Counted from the first letter of the whole stretch, positions 24,901 through 42,051 are shown. The stretch is 63,898 bases of DNA, filler included, from Choristocarpus tenellus KU-1152 (GCA_964200185.2; 8 parts of 8 records of this genome joined end to end with filler, not necessarily neighbours in it); one strand, 5' to 3'. The notes: generated from the letters alone by a model not told the origin. Made by a program: numbers and translations.

Positions 24901-25255
24901 TATGCATTCCCACTTGTAATGGGGGTCTACCTACATGCCATACAGGGTGTATGTAGGCTTTGTATTATGTCATGGTATCCTCTGTGAAAAAAAGTGTTTT
25001 TTGTTTCATTTGTCCATCCTCACTTCCTGCTCATCCTTTCCTCGTTCACAACAAGTTTACCTCTTTTGCCCTGGCATCATGTGACACCAAGCGCTTTGGG
25101 GGGGGCACTTTTGTATGTGTATGATCACCAACTTGAGGTAACTCAGAAACAATTGCTGACTTTTAGTCATCCTTCAACTTTTGCTGTACTACTGTGAGCA
25201 AACTTACATACAATTTGTATCTCTTTAATGTAATGATTCTTACATACCTTGGACA

Positions 25256-25280
25256 ACACACACACACACACACACACACA
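25256..25280. repeat. (CA)n microsatellite
   Basis: Perfect CA run. Confidence 0.95.
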
Positions 25281-27859
25281 TCAAACTACCTCATTTTCCG
25301 TTTCAGTGTTGAAACACTACAAGTCATTGTCCTAGCACCTAAAGCTACAAGGAAATGACCCTGAACGTTGTCCTCAACAGTCAGACGGTTTGAATGCAAC
25401 ATTACCCTTAAATATATATATTATTATGGAGCAAATGACCCTAAGTGATGCCCTGGACAATGAATGATTTTATTTCAGATGGCTCTGACAGTATAGGCCA
25501 AATGAACCTATGTGCTAGTACTAGCCATTGTTGAGACTTTCGATGTTTTAGGCAATCTTTTGGTAGTGTGGTTCACACCAGTTGCTCTGGTCAAAGTACC
25601 TTACAGTACTGTATCTATCTCCTACATGCTTGGTTGCTACCCATGCTTTGCATGACAGAGCACATACCTTAGGATCATATCTATATATTTGAGGGGATGA
25701 GGATTGACCAGCATGACACACATTGGGTGTGACACACACATTTTTTGCTCTTGTCTGCATGATAAACCTTGTTCTTAGAAACCCATCTCCATGTGAAATC
25801 TGTATAGTCGACCATGCTTCAGTTGCAAACCATAGTAACATGTTACATGCTGTGCATTAGTTTATTGTTGGCATGTTTTGTCTCAAGACCACGTGTGGGA
25901 AAATATCTACATAGAAATGCACTATGTCACACATGATTGGTACTCATGTATGCTTGTGAACTACAGTGCACTTGCTTCAGTACCTGGTGTGTTGTAGGGT
26001 TTCTCCTCCCTAGACACACATGTACACCAATAGGGTTGAGGAACGTGCATGAAAAGTGAGAATCCTTAGGTTGTATGTACTGTGTAGATGAGTTACTTTT
26101 TTTGTGCATGGTATATTGTGGAATATAATGATAACTTTTCTTTTTCTTTTGTGTCGCAGATAATGCCCCCCAGACTACCACCAACCCAGCTGTGACTTTT
26201 TCCAGTACAACTTAGAAATCATCTTATATGTAACTTGTGAGTACACTAAGCCACCAAGAAGTGATGAAAGACACAACAGAACATTAATGACTCATGATCT
26301 CTGCCGTATGTCTTGTACATCAACATCCCTCTGACATGCACACACACCATGCTATAAACCATAACTTCTGTGTAGATGCAACCAAGAGGGTCTCTACAAA
26401 TGGCATGGAAACCACATGTCACACATTTCAGTACATAGGTTTACAACAAAAAACTTGATGGTGTGACACATTCCACTGCAAATAGTTGATAGTGGTTACA
26501 CACCTCAACATCTACACCCTCTACTACATGAACTGACCCAAGAAGGAAGGAATAAGTAAAGAAAAAAATTCAGGGACGCCTTTAAGAACAATAATCTTCC
26601 AGCTAGACTTTGACGGTCTACTACTGGGACCGATAGAACATGCCTTAATACTCTATTATTGGAGAATTTTGTAAGGAGACAGCATGATACAAAACTTCTC
26701 AACTTACTACTACTTATGAATATTTCAACTGATAAAAGAAATCTGTGGCAAAAACTTGGCGTAAGGGTGGGTTCTAGGTGGGGCAGGGGGGGGCAACTAT
26801 TGCTGCATTCCAGTTCTGGGATCCCCTTAGCACAAGTGGATGGGGAGGTGTTTTTCTGTTTTTGTTCTTTTAATAATACTCCACCGTTAATTCTCTATTT
26901 GTTGGCGTTGATGGAGCTGTACAATATTTGCTGATCAAAGTAGTTGAGTTACGTAGTTACACATACTTGGTGATCAAACAAAATTAGGATGCATCAGTTG
27001 TGCATGTTCTCATTTCATTGTCTTGGGTAATTTGAATTGCATGTGCATCTTCCTACAATAAATAGTGTACACTCAATACTTCAATGTGTGTAATTGCTAA
27101 TTGAATGGGGATACTATCTGTGCAGTGATAGCATTAGTGTGGATGACACACATTGCATCTCTATGCCACTTGAAGGCCTCACAATGCGCCCTCGAGTAGT
27201 TCATAGTGCAAATATTAATGAAATTGTTTGTGGGGTAAGTCCTGTCCATATGTGGCTGGACAAGAAAGGGCTAAGGGCTGTGGCCGATTTCATTCATACT
27301 GAATGACTTTGGAGTAGTAAAAGGAAGCAGTGTAAAAGAAAGGAAAGTGGCACGATCAACCATGATCAACTGAAGATACCACATAGTAATTATACAGTTC
27401 AAGATGGTTATACTCATACTAATTCTTTTCATTTACAATAGTCGTGGGTGGTATTGTCAATTTTTCTCTGATACTAGACAGGCGCCAGATAGATAAGTAA
27501 AGTAATGTCTCATTATGTGCCACGTACTGAATATGTAAATTAGCAGCTTTTGAGGCAGGTGGTACAACAAGAAGAGTCTGTCTGTATTGACTAAGATTAT
27601 CTTAAGGCCCTTTTGTTCAACAAATAAATAAGTGTTATTACAGGATAACCTCCAAAACATCCTCAAAAATACTTACAGGTAAACACACATACAACTAGAG
27701 ACATCAACACACATGCACAAAAAACAGTACAAAAGGTTAAGTATGTGACATCAGCAACAGTCAGTGCAATTCCATACAACCTCACCAATACATAGAAATA
27801 CTTGACAGCTATGAATTGATATCAATGCTAAGATCGGCACCAAACCAATGATGCAAGGT

Positions 27860-28008
27860 TACACAGCAGACCACTAGCCCTTGGCTGGGAAACAGGTGCA
27901 AGTTCTATGCAGTCATTATCACGCCACTCAAATCTTTCGAATGCTGGTGTTGGTCCTCCTTTGTGTGGGTGCCCTCGGAGAGGCAGGTCTACTGGCTGTT
28001 TGGTGAAC
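27860..28008 (-). CDS. Candidate exon of an unidentified gene
   Basis: Branch-like CTAAT followed by a CAG acceptor, then open frame FTKQPVDLPLRGHPHKGGPTPAFERFEWRDNDCIELAP. Donor uncertain. Confidence 0.35.
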
Positions 28009-28899
28009 CTGAGATTAGAAGGAAGGTTGTGGTTGTACCAAGGGTCAAAGGTACAACATGAACAGTAGTTGTCCAACAGTACATGCAACTACAAAAACGT
28101 AAGCAGAATTCAGGGGTATGTAGCGGCTCAATCAATCAGTCAAATTAGTTAGTTAGTCTTCAAGAGAAACAAGTCAAAAGAGAGCACACTATAGAAAGAG
28201 TCAAACAAACTACAAACTCTTGCACACTGGATCACCTGGGGTCAAAGTAGTGCGTGTCAAGCGGGTCAACAAGGTCAGGTACATGTTCCCCCTTCTGTGG
28301 CGCCGCTGCTTTCTCTAACACCATCTGCCAGTCAACCCCATTAAAAAAAGGGTGTTCCATAAGCAACCCTTGACCCCCTTCCATCTGAACCCCTTCCCTT
28401 GTGGTAGCACCCTCCCCCCCCCCCCNNNNNNNNNNNNNNNNNNNNNNNNNNNNNNNNNNNNNNNNNNNNTTAATTAATTAANNNNNNNNNNNNNNNNNNN
28501 NNNNNNNNNNNNNNNNNNNNNNNNNTCAGGATGACGACCAGTTCATGAGAAGCATGTGGTGGTTTCTGCTGCACTATACTGAAGGTCTTTGAGTAAACAC
28601 TATGAGCAACACAGAAGACAATATAGACGATAAAGTAGAAAAGTTTGAAATAGTTTCAAGAATGTACTTACAATCTTCCTTCTTGTTTTCTATCCCTCAG
28701 AGTATGGGTAATGATGTCCTGAGTTCGTATGGTGGATACATACAACCAGTCTATGAAATAATAGTAACCATGACCATGCAGGGTAAAACGATGAGATATG
28801 ATCATATACAGTGCAGGTGTGTATGCCGAAGGAGTGAATACTCACGCACTACACATACTAGAGAAGGGATCAACAGCCATCACTGCGTGATGGTTCTTT

Positions 28900-29880
28900 T
28901 AACTATAATGTATCACAAAGAGCGCGTAGCCTATACTTCAACAGTTACCCTCCAGCCTCAATATCTATTTCCCGTGCTGGTCTGTTCGGGACCCTGAGGC
29001 ACATGGTCCCTGTCTTTTTCTCTGATATGATCTGTTCAAATGCTTTGCACAATTGTAATAATGACAGCCATCATCTTAGCTAAAACTCTCTGAAGTCATT
29101 GACACAACGCCTGTGTCATCAACATACAGAATGCACCACAATCCCTGCAACTGTGAAGGCATCTCTTGGTGTCCTCTCCCCAGTCCAAATATGTGTTACT
29201 TCTTCTTAGGTATTTTGAACCAGTCTGAGCGTTCCCCATCGCCCATTTGCACAAAAGCCCACATTCCGACATAGAATTGACGAACGATTGAAATCACCTG
29301 GACTAACGCGCCAAATTTGGACAGTGCTGCCCATTATAGGTCTAATCGACAGGGTCATACGCCTTGTGCAGGTCAATGAAACAAATATACAAAGAGAACT
29401 TATCTCAACCAAGTTTGATTAAGTCCTGCGCCACGGACATCATGTCAATGGTCAATTATGTGTAGATCGGAGTCTGTGTGTTATTCTCCTGGTAGTATGT
29501 CCTCTTTCGAAACGTAGTTTCCTAGGGGTCGTGCAACAACTTTGAGGAGTACATTTCCAGCATGTGATGCCAGGAAGACATCCCTGCTCTTGCTATAGCC
29601 AGCTCAATACTTCTTATTGCGGATGGTTTTATTGGCATCGTCCTTCCACTTCTGAGGGACCTCTTCTGACCCGCACATAGGAGGAAAGATGATATGGAAG
29701 ACCTATGGGTGAAGAGTCCTCATCAAGCCCCAAGTTCTGGAGTTCCACTGGAAGATCATCCAGGCACCACTGGAAGATCATCCAGGCAGACAGCCTTTTA
29801 CTTGGTCAGAAAGGGCATGACACTCCTCACTTTCCGAATCATTCTCAGTAGGAAGTGGAAGGTATCATCACTATATGTCA
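28900..29880 (-). mobile_element. Non-LTR retrotransposon (LINE, RTE-like) reverse transcriptase relic
   Basis: Minus-strand motifs in order: DDLPVEL, EVPQKWKD, LASHAGNVLLKVVAR, LYICFIDLHKAYDPVD, ILYVDDTGVVS (catalytic YxDD), ISEKKT. Frameshifted. Confidence 0.9.
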
Positions 29881-29983
29881 TGTTGGTTTTTGATTTGTGA
29901 CATTATCAATAATATAAAATATTTATGGAGAGAAAATTGAAAATTGAGTGAGGATTGTACCAAAGTAGAAACTGGAGGACAAC

Positions 29984-31560
29984 ATGAGGACAGCTTTGGT
30001 TCGAGGTCTTTCATCATCGTTATCGGATCTTTCCTTCTCGACAAAGTCATGCTGGTCGTTTGAGAAATCTATGTTGCGGCAGTGCCGTTTGCAAGCGAGT
30101 GGGATCTCAACAGGGAAGGGAGGAGGACGTGGTCGAAAAAGAGAGAGACCAACCTATGATCGAGAGCGCAAGCTTGAAGCTTCTGCCTTGGCACAAGAGT
30201 GGACAGGTTACGAAGACTTGATTCGTCAGGGTCTTCATGATCTGGGAGGTCCTACTGGGTCTGGAAGGCGGGATGGAAACTACGTTAAGCTACCATTGGT
30301 GAGAGTGTTGTTCACAATTCCCCTCCATGATGAATCAAAAGATCTATTTATCACCAACACTTTAAAAGCAGTGGTCGGAGAGGGTGATGATGACGTTGGT
30401 TTATGGATAACATATGAATACTTGGGGGCAGACATCATGGCAATGTAGTTGACTTGGAGTACCTGTGGCACTCTCTCTAAGGGTTGTATGTTGTCATGTT
30501 TGACAACTCTATACTGAATTTGCTTTGCTATCCATACAATATGATCATAGGAAAGGATAATGATCTCAGTTCGATGGATGTACTTTCGATGAAAGAAATT
30601 GCTCCTCCATAGTACTAGAATGCGGGCCGCGTTCCTCGTCCATAACGTGACCTTATCTGTTGCAGCTATGTGCAATTTGTAGCTCCCCCACTTGCAGTCG
30701 ACAAAAAAGTGAAATTCTTCCGATTTTTGCGCACCAATACCTGGTACGACCTCAGCATCCAATCCTCTCTAAAAACCAATACAAGGCAACCGCTGATGAA
30801 GATGAGGAGGATGAAATTCGGAGGGAACAAGCCCAAGAAGCATTTGCGAGTGACGTGGAGAGGGTATGGAGCAAAATATTTTTTGAAGACTCACGTGCAG
30901 GCATGCCGAAGGCAACACTCCCTGGATTTCCCATTGAGGTAAATCGGTTTTCCAAAAGGGTGGGCGAAAAGATTGATTCAAAAATTTGCTTACCCTATTC
31001 TCACCTATATGCACCTCACATCTGTGAGAAAGGTCTTTTGCCAGGTGTAGAGAATGGGAACGGGCACGCGATTTTTTAGAGTTGTTTCTTTTGCAGGGAT
31101 TAGGTGGGGGGAAGGAGAATCTTCAGAATGATTTCTTGTGTGCCATGACTCAATTGCACAGGTGATATTAGGGGGTGATGAAATTTAGATCACCTCAAAA
31201 AGCATGCACTAGAGACATTTCTTTTTTAGCCTGTCTCGCGTTTGCAAATCTCTCCTCCATGTCCTGAGGGTATTGTTTCGTGACTGGTGTGTGCTGCGCA
31301 GGGCATGTCATAATATTATTGTGGTGAAAACTTCAAAATCATTGCATGTGTGCTTTCCTGTGGTTTGTGTGGCACAACCAACCCTGGGGTAGGATTAGGT
31401 GTCGATTGAGGGTACAATTTTGATGCAACAGCGACATAATGCTCTCGCCTCAGGACAGGGTTTAAACGCTAAGGTGTGGTAAATTCTCTTTTATGAACAA
31501 TTTAGATGCAGCGCTTCAAGACCCACAGATCATCCTCCTTTGGTGTATCTCATGGCTGCG
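29984..31560 (+). mobile_element. Degenerate large ORF, possibly a CxC/KDZ-like transposase
   Basis: Intronless broken ORFs 29984-30448 and 30660-31079, followed by weak remnants VILGVMKFRSP, VLFRDWCVLRRAC and GLNAKVW..EQ that resemble the KDZ order (G...ES, YD.AC, N....EQ). Confidence 0.35.
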
Positions 31561-31992
31561 ACGAGCGTTGATAGAGAGCAGAGGCTGTACTTGAATTAGT
31601 TACAGAAATACACGTACAGTTTTTGGTGCAACCTAATTGAGGTTTATACCACGTTTGAGGTGTTAATTGGTCAGAAGATACAAAGAGCTTGCCATTATGC
31701 CCGCAAATCTCTCCCCTTCAAAGCATGGGGCTGAGATAGGGTCACCCCTTCTAGAAGATGCCCCCCCNNNNNNNNNNNNNNNNNNNNNNNNNNNNNNNNN
31801 NNNNNNNNNNNTTAATTAATTAANNNNNNNNNNNNNNNNNNNNNNNNNNNNNNNNNNNNNNNNNNNNCACAGCCCTTGGTGGTGGGGTGCTCTCCCTTAT
31901 ATTATTATCTATTGTGCACGTGATCAGACACGTCAAAATATGTCTCTGTCAGTCACTACGTCAGCCACTTATATTGAACAAAACATAAAGTT

Positions 31993-32070
31993 AAGCCATC
32001 GAGATTCGAACCTGCGACTCGGGAAACACCAATTGAAACCCTTGACCCTTACTCTACTCAATTAATGCTT
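31993..32070 (-). other. tRNA-derived (SINE-head-like) remnant
   Basis: Minus strand has a Pol III B-box GGTTCGAATC and a degenerate A-box upstream; no complete cloverleaf. Confidence 0.45.
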
Positions 32071-32079
32071 CTGTTGTGA

Positions 32080-32358
32080 TCTAAGTAACTTCCTCTACCG
32101 TTGAAATTGCTCTGAGCTCAATGAGTGTCCATTACCGGGGTTTGGGTCTCTCACCTACCACAGGTAATACAAAGAATGGAAACCAAGTATTGTTGGAAGA
32201 GTTTTGGGCTTTAAGGGTATGAACTGCTGATGGCCTGTGGTGAGAGACCCTTTTTGCTGTGCCACGGCTCTCCTGCTTATTTTTTTCACCGGTGTGTGAA
32301 ATTTACACCCAGCCCCCGCTCCAGCCCCCTACCCCCCCATGTTTTGTGGTTGTTGTGC
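32080..32358. repeat. Dispersed ~280-bp repeat, copy 1
   Basis: Nearly identical to 41666-41943. Confidence 0.95.
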
Positions 32359-33879
32359 TCCTTCCACTTTGGGTGAGGGAAGATTTGCTTTGTCTTTTCT
32401 CAGCAGACCCCTGCACCTCCAGGGCTCCATTTTTTCCTTGGGGAGTGGGGAAGAAGGCCTGTATTGTATTTGCTGTTTGTTGGACTTTGAATTGAATCGA
32501 TTGATGTTATCCCTAGACACCTCTTATTTGTGAATGCTACTTGCATATAACATGCAATCAACTAGGAGGTGCATGAAGGAGGTTTATGCATTGATGCTGG
32601 AGGGTGTTTATTCCTCAGCAGGGACCTGTTAGGAGGGGGAGGGGGTAGTATTGATATGTGACTGACTGCAGCACTGTTGTTGAGTCATTCTCACACTAGG
32701 TTAGCTTCTTGTCTTGGGCCATGTGATTTGAGTTGATGATCTGGGTACTTTGGAGGTGAAACAGTGTATGGAAGGGATGGCATTTGCATGTTATGAAATA
32801 CTTTTATGCGGTGTGTGGATGAATAGTACAGTCAGTGTTGGATGTTAAACACACTTATCGACTACAATTGGCCCAAGTGGAAGGGGTAAATGAAAAGTCA
32901 ACTGACGTTTTGGCATTGTAACAGTTAGAACATAGGCTTGAGATTTTTGTGGCTGCACTATCGCTGCACACTTTGAGTGCTTACAAACTTGGAGACACCC
33001 CTGCATACACCACACATAGTTAAGGTACTCTGTCTTACCCTTTGCCTGTGCATGACAGCATAAAGTGTTTAACGCCTTTAGGAAGGGGGAGGACTCGTAA
33101 ATGTGTTGTCACATCACTAGATGATCGTTTTTGTTGTAACCTTTTAATAATGTGGTTTTTTGCCTAAGGTGTTGTTGTTTCCCCCTTTATTCTGCATTTG
33201 TCTCGCACCCCTGCTCCTTGTAGCCCCAGGACATTTATAGAGGGGAGTGTTCCTCTATAACTAAGTCACTGTTGTGTAAGCCATGCATAAGAATCGAATA
33301 CAACCAAGGACAATCTTTCTAGGTGTGTTAAATCAGCAACTGGGCAGTTGTATATACTGCTACTACACTAAATATGCAACTGTGTCTCAGACTGAATTTG
33401 TAGTGGCTGTACAACTTACAATATTTTTAATATGTCGCTACTATTATCAAAAAAAATCCTTACTATATTATGTTTGGAGTCAAGAAGTGCTTGTTCCGTT
33501 TTAACTTGAGGTGTTCCAGGTGCGCCATCTCAGGTTTTTGTTGAGTCTTGTCATGTAAAAAACATTCAACTTCTGGTTATATTACCAGTGCTTAGTTCCG
33601 ACAGACCCTTCCACCATGTTTGATTCTTGCGTCCGTTCAGTCATGCATTGTACAAAAATCCAGGCTTTTTTGGTCACATCTGTCCCCCTTGAGTAGCAGT
33701 TTTCTCCTTTCTTACTTTTACGTCTAATAGCATCCAGTCTGGCACACCCTTAGAAACGTAATCTCCTCTCTCTCTCGCCACATCCATTGTAGCAGAATTT
33801 CTCTCTAGTGTTTGGTAGTACTCCGAAGTGCTTGTTATTTTTGCGGTGAAGAGTGGATTTTAACAATTGAGGATGGATC

Positions 33880-34483
33880 ATACCATGGAGGATGGGTTTG
33901 TACGATAATGGTGCGGAAAAAATGCCGAAATGTTTTTTTTTGTGAATGTCGCGGCATTTTTTAAGGGCCCCTTTTTGAATGGGAATCCGTGCCGAGGGCG
34001 TAGGACATACGTAATTGATATTGTACGTTTCAAATGTTCCGAAACTAAAAGGTAGAAAAACAAATATGATAACCTCCGATTTCTTAAGTAGAATATTAAA
34101 TTGTTGGACATTTGTATTCTTAAACACAATTAATTATCAACAGAAAGAGAAATCGTCTAAACTCAAGAACCGCTTTTTGTCGTCTCTATTATTTTTAGAG
34201 CCAACATGGCAAAGATGTTGCAGGCGAATGGCGCGAGCGTTTATTCTTCTATTTCAAGCATTTGTTACACGCGAGCATTTTATCCTCATGTTTAGGAAAT
34301 ACGAGCATTTGTAACAGACGTACAGTGTAAGGATTGTTTCTCGAGTTCTGACAAGTACGAACTATATACGATATGGAGGATGGGTTTAACCGAAAATGGT
34401 GCGGAGAAAGTGTCGATATATATATATTTTTTTAATGTTGCGACACTTTTTAAGGACCCCTTTTTGAATGGCAATCCGTGCCG
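33880..34483. repeat. Pair of ~110-bp direct repeats (about 33880-33995 and 34370-34483)
   Basis: ATGGAGGATGGGTTT..AATGGTGCGGA..TTTTTAAGG.CCCCTTTTTGAATGG.AATCCGTGCCG occurs twice. Confidence 0.9.
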
Positions 34484-34839
34484 GTTGTGGTAGTAGGACA
34501 GTGTGTGGGGGGCGGCAATGATTTCGTTTGATCGTCGTGCATATGTATTCTCTGCGTTGGCTTGCTTGCTTGAATTATTATTGCGGTCGGTGGAGTCGTT
34601 TGACTGTCGATGGTGGATGCGGTAGAAAAAATAATACTTCGAAGTATTTTCTTTAGGGGCGGCGTTTCATCGTCATTATTATGGAAGTTTGACTGATAAG
34701 AAGAAGAGAAATGATATTTTCCCATTTTATTATATTTTTTATCAATTATTATTATCGTAAAGTCGAAGAAGGAGCTAACATTGAGTGCATATAAGTAATG
34801 CCATCATATTATGATAATCGACCTCTTTGCACGAATATC

Positions 34840-35710
34840 TCAGTCATGCCCGATATATCGGGTGTTGCGATATGTCCCCCCACCCCTCGCCTTGCCTGTC
34901 CGATACGCAGATCTGCATTTATCTATTTTCTCGTGCAAGTTGTTGGACTCGTAATACATCGCAAGAAGAGAAGGTAGGGATGCATAAGTGACAACGTATT
35001 GGCCAACAGGATATTCCCCTATATCTCCATAATAATACAAATCTCGAAAAATTGATTTCATCCATACTTTGGGCCTGTTGCTAGATACTGCAACACCATG
35101 AGACAAATCAATGAACCCGCAAATATATGCAGCAACCGTTTTCGTGTCGGGGCAGCCCACGGGATCGGGGGGGAATTCAAATGTCAGCAGGCAGTCACCC
35201 GTATTCTCGCCACAACAGCTTAGATAGATAGGCCACTATATCCAAGTATCTGCTTCTTCTGTTCCCGTCTATACCTCAATCCTGCAACTGAAGTCCATAC
35301 TGAGACAGACGGATTTCGATTTCCACGAATGAGTTCTAGAAGGGAAAAGACGAAGATGTCTATGAAACAGTCCCCCCATCGATCTCCCTTTTCCCTCTAT
35401 CTCGAATGACATCAACACTACAGACCAAAACTGACCGACGGTTTTCTCTTGCACGCAGCAGTCATAAAGTGCTACTTTCTGGTGTTAATTATCCAATACG
35501 AAGTGACGAGGTGGTAAATAGGGGTTCAATCATCCCGCCAAGAGTCCAAGGATAAGAGGGCTTACAACAGCAACGTGTACGGTATGCGGCTTCTGTGGTG
35601 AATCGCAACTATCGCAGCCACAGAACACGACCACTATTTGCGGATTCCCGAACAGGTGAGATTGAATCCATGTGGTGAATTCAGTCAGCAGGTCCAGCAC
35701 GAAAGAATCC
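34840..35710 (-). pseudogene. Degraded intronless ORF of unknown (possibly viral or TE) origin
   Basis: ORFs 34840-35160 and 35269-35454 share one frame, which continues to ~35710 with four internal stops. Confidence 0.4.
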
Positions 35711-38133
35711 TATCTTCGGGAGCCTGTGTATATACATGTCTTGAACCGCTGGTTATCTTTGACAGAGGATTGTTCAATCCTGAACGAAGGGAGGGACCGG
35801 GCAAAATCCTGTTTGAGAGGGGAACCACATACCTTCGAAGTCGGCAGGATATGGCCGCTAGGTGTATTTCAGAGATGAGAACTTATTGTCTCTCCAATAC
35901 AGGTAGAAAAGTCAGTCAGGCCCACAATCGCTCCACTTGATACGGTAATTTTTGTTCATGGAATGGGGTGGTGCCTTACCAGACAGCGTGTGGCGTGTGG
36001 ACCAACGCACGGTCCAGTTACAGAAACACGTAACTGCCAAACACTTGAGAAATGTGTAGTCACGTGAGGGGTAATAATGATTACCACTACCGCTTAATGT
36101 ATATATGACATTAATTATAGTATTATTGTATCATGACCCTCACATTCTTCGGATAGTGGGTCAGAGGATGAGAAAGGACCAAAATCTAGTTAACTGAAGC
36201 TTTTATACAGGAGTTGTCACTTCGAAAGACCTCTAAGAATGAATTGAAACTGAAGTATATACAAGGTTCCCTCGGAGACTGTTCCCTATGCACCAATATT
36301 TATACTACCATGTACGTATGGCTACAGTCTAGTCCTGTGAAGGTGATCGAGAAGTATGTATCAACCAACATTTCCGTCGCCTTGTGTCACAGCAAGTTTT
36401 GTTTGTAGTCTGCAGCGATTTCCAATTCCCAGTTCTGGAGTATTAGCAACTACCACTATGTTCGATTGTGACAATGTGGTGAGGATATTTGGAATAGTTC
36501 ACCTCTCTGCATTCTCGCATTTTTCCCACTCATTTTACTCGATCTAGAACATGATGCCCCTGCTAGTGGTTTTAGCAAAATGCTATTTTTGATAGTACCA
36601 CTACGAAAAATAATACTAGGTCTGTGTATTTTTGAAAACCATTTATTTGGAACTGACGATTATGTAAGATTTGATGGATAACTACGTCATTGCCAACAGT
36701 ATGTTATTTACAACACCAATAAATCTAGGTACGCTATGACTTGGAGGATCGACAACACAAGATGAAAGTTTTTTACCTGTGTATGCTTACCATCTGATAA
36801 TATGTGGTAATTCTTTACACATATTTCAAATATGGTGATCGCAGTTATCGAAGTATATTCCAAGGTACCGAACTTAACATACTTTCTCGGAGTAGCACGA
36901 CTTGAACTTGTTAGTGCTCAGAGGACTTAAACCGGGTTGAGAATGCTCATCTCAGTTGTCGATTCTTGACACAGTACTTTGATACATGCAATGCTATTAT
37001 CATTTAAAACATGTGAGACGGAGATTCGACAAATTGATTGTCTCTGACATCATCTCCTGCTTGCCCATTGTTGGATGTCAACACCCAGAAGTTCCTGAAT
37101 GAAGGTCATGGAACAACTCACACACACCTTATTTGCAAAGACACTAGAAATAGTCCATTGTTTTACTACCAGCACGTAGATTATACATTACCATTTTATT
37201 ATATACAATCCTAAGTCGGTCCAACACTCTTCCAGGCATGTCTGGTAAGAAGCAAAAACAGCAAAAGCTACTACATACAACAACACAATACATTGTTGGC
37301 GTGCGTTTTATGGGGTGCCTGTCGAATTTAAGGTCAATTGAGCAACAAAGATCACTTTTTAATATAATCGATGCTGTCTACTTGGCAGCCTACCTCACCA
37401 CCACGCCCTTTTGTTTTTTTATTATATTTGTTTCTTTTTTGTCCGTAATTCATTGGGGGGGAAATTTCATCACAAGACTTGAAATTTTTTATGAAATGAT
37501 AAAATCTTCACCTGTATATTTCGGCATAGATCGGTGAAGAGACACACATCCACCACTGGGGTTGTTGAGTAGCTTAACGCCACGATAATCATAAATATAT
37601 ATATTCTCTTCTTGTAGTACTACGTCACACTATCAAAATAAAATTATATTAATAAAGAGGCCATGATAGACGGAAGGTGAGACAATAATATGAACGATGA
37701 CAGGAAAGTCTACAACATCAGAGCAGGCTATGCAAGGGACAAACAAATTGAATTATTTTCTGCAATTTGTAGCATATTCCCACATCAAATGGGTGTGGTT
37801 AATCTGCTTCCTATTGTGCTTATTTGATCAGGTCAAAAACTAACGCGATTTTAGTGAGAGGGTGGTGTAGCTGTTTTGTTTTGTTGCTTGACTCAACTAG
37901 AGAAAAAGCGTTTTGTTTCCCAAGTCCCCAATCTCCTTTGAACACAGCTGCGGTGTGAGCATGGATCAAGAGCTGTACTTTTCTGTACCCTCCACCTTTG
38001 ACAATGTACTACCCTAGCGCCATGCCTCAAATTTGTTTCCGTATGTTTTTGATTGTATTGTTAATATCTACGACTGTGCCCAAACGACTCCCTGACTTTA
38101 TCCCTTGCTGCATTATCATCTTGCGCGCATCAG

Positions 38134-41461
<3,328 letters not shown>

Positions 41462-41665
41462 GCAGGGCTACTCCATCGAATCGGGCCCCCACACGGTTGC
41501 TCTTGTGTTTGCTGCCATTGTTAGGTGTGGCTTAAAGCCAAGTGCTTACATTGTGAGCTCATGTGCACACGGTTTGTGTGAGTGTGAGAGATGACCTGGC
41601 AGTTGCGGGATGTGTGGACAGGCGGGAGGGGGCGAACCGTTATTTTGTGTCGATTTCCATTTTTT

Positions 41666-41943
41666 TCTAAGTAACTTCCTCTACCCTTGAAATTGCTCTG
41701 AGCTCAATGAGTGTCCATTACCGGGGTTTGGGTCTCTCACCCACCACAGGTAATACAAAGAATGGAAACCAAGTATTGTTGGAAGTGTTTTGGGCTTTAA
41801 GGGTATGAACTGCTGATGGCCTGTGGTGAGAGACCCTTTTTGCTGTGCCACGGCTCTCCTGCTTATTTTTTTCACCGGTGTGTGAAATTTGCACCCAGCC
41901 CCCGCTCCAGACCCCTACCCCCCCATGTTTTGTGGTTGTTGTG
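41666..41943. repeat. Dispersed ~280-bp repeat, copy 2 (truncated by contig end)
   Basis: Nearly identical to 32080-32358, same orientation. Confidence 0.95.
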
Positions 41944-42051
41944 NNNNNNNNNNNNNNNNNNNNNNNNNNNNNNNNNNNNNNNNNNNNTTAATTAATTAAN
42001 NNNNNNNNNNNNNNNNNNNNNNNNNNNNNNNNNNNNNNNNNNNAGAATATG

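Noticed and set aside
31993-32070. Functional tRNA (e.g. tRNA-Sec with a TCA loop)
   Set aside because: Anticodon and acceptor stems do not pair; only the B-box is convincing.
34811-34960. MIIDLFARIS resembling C5-methyltransferase motif I
   Set aside because: Lacks the FxGxG glycines, no PC or ENV motif follows, and the frame stops after ~47 codons.
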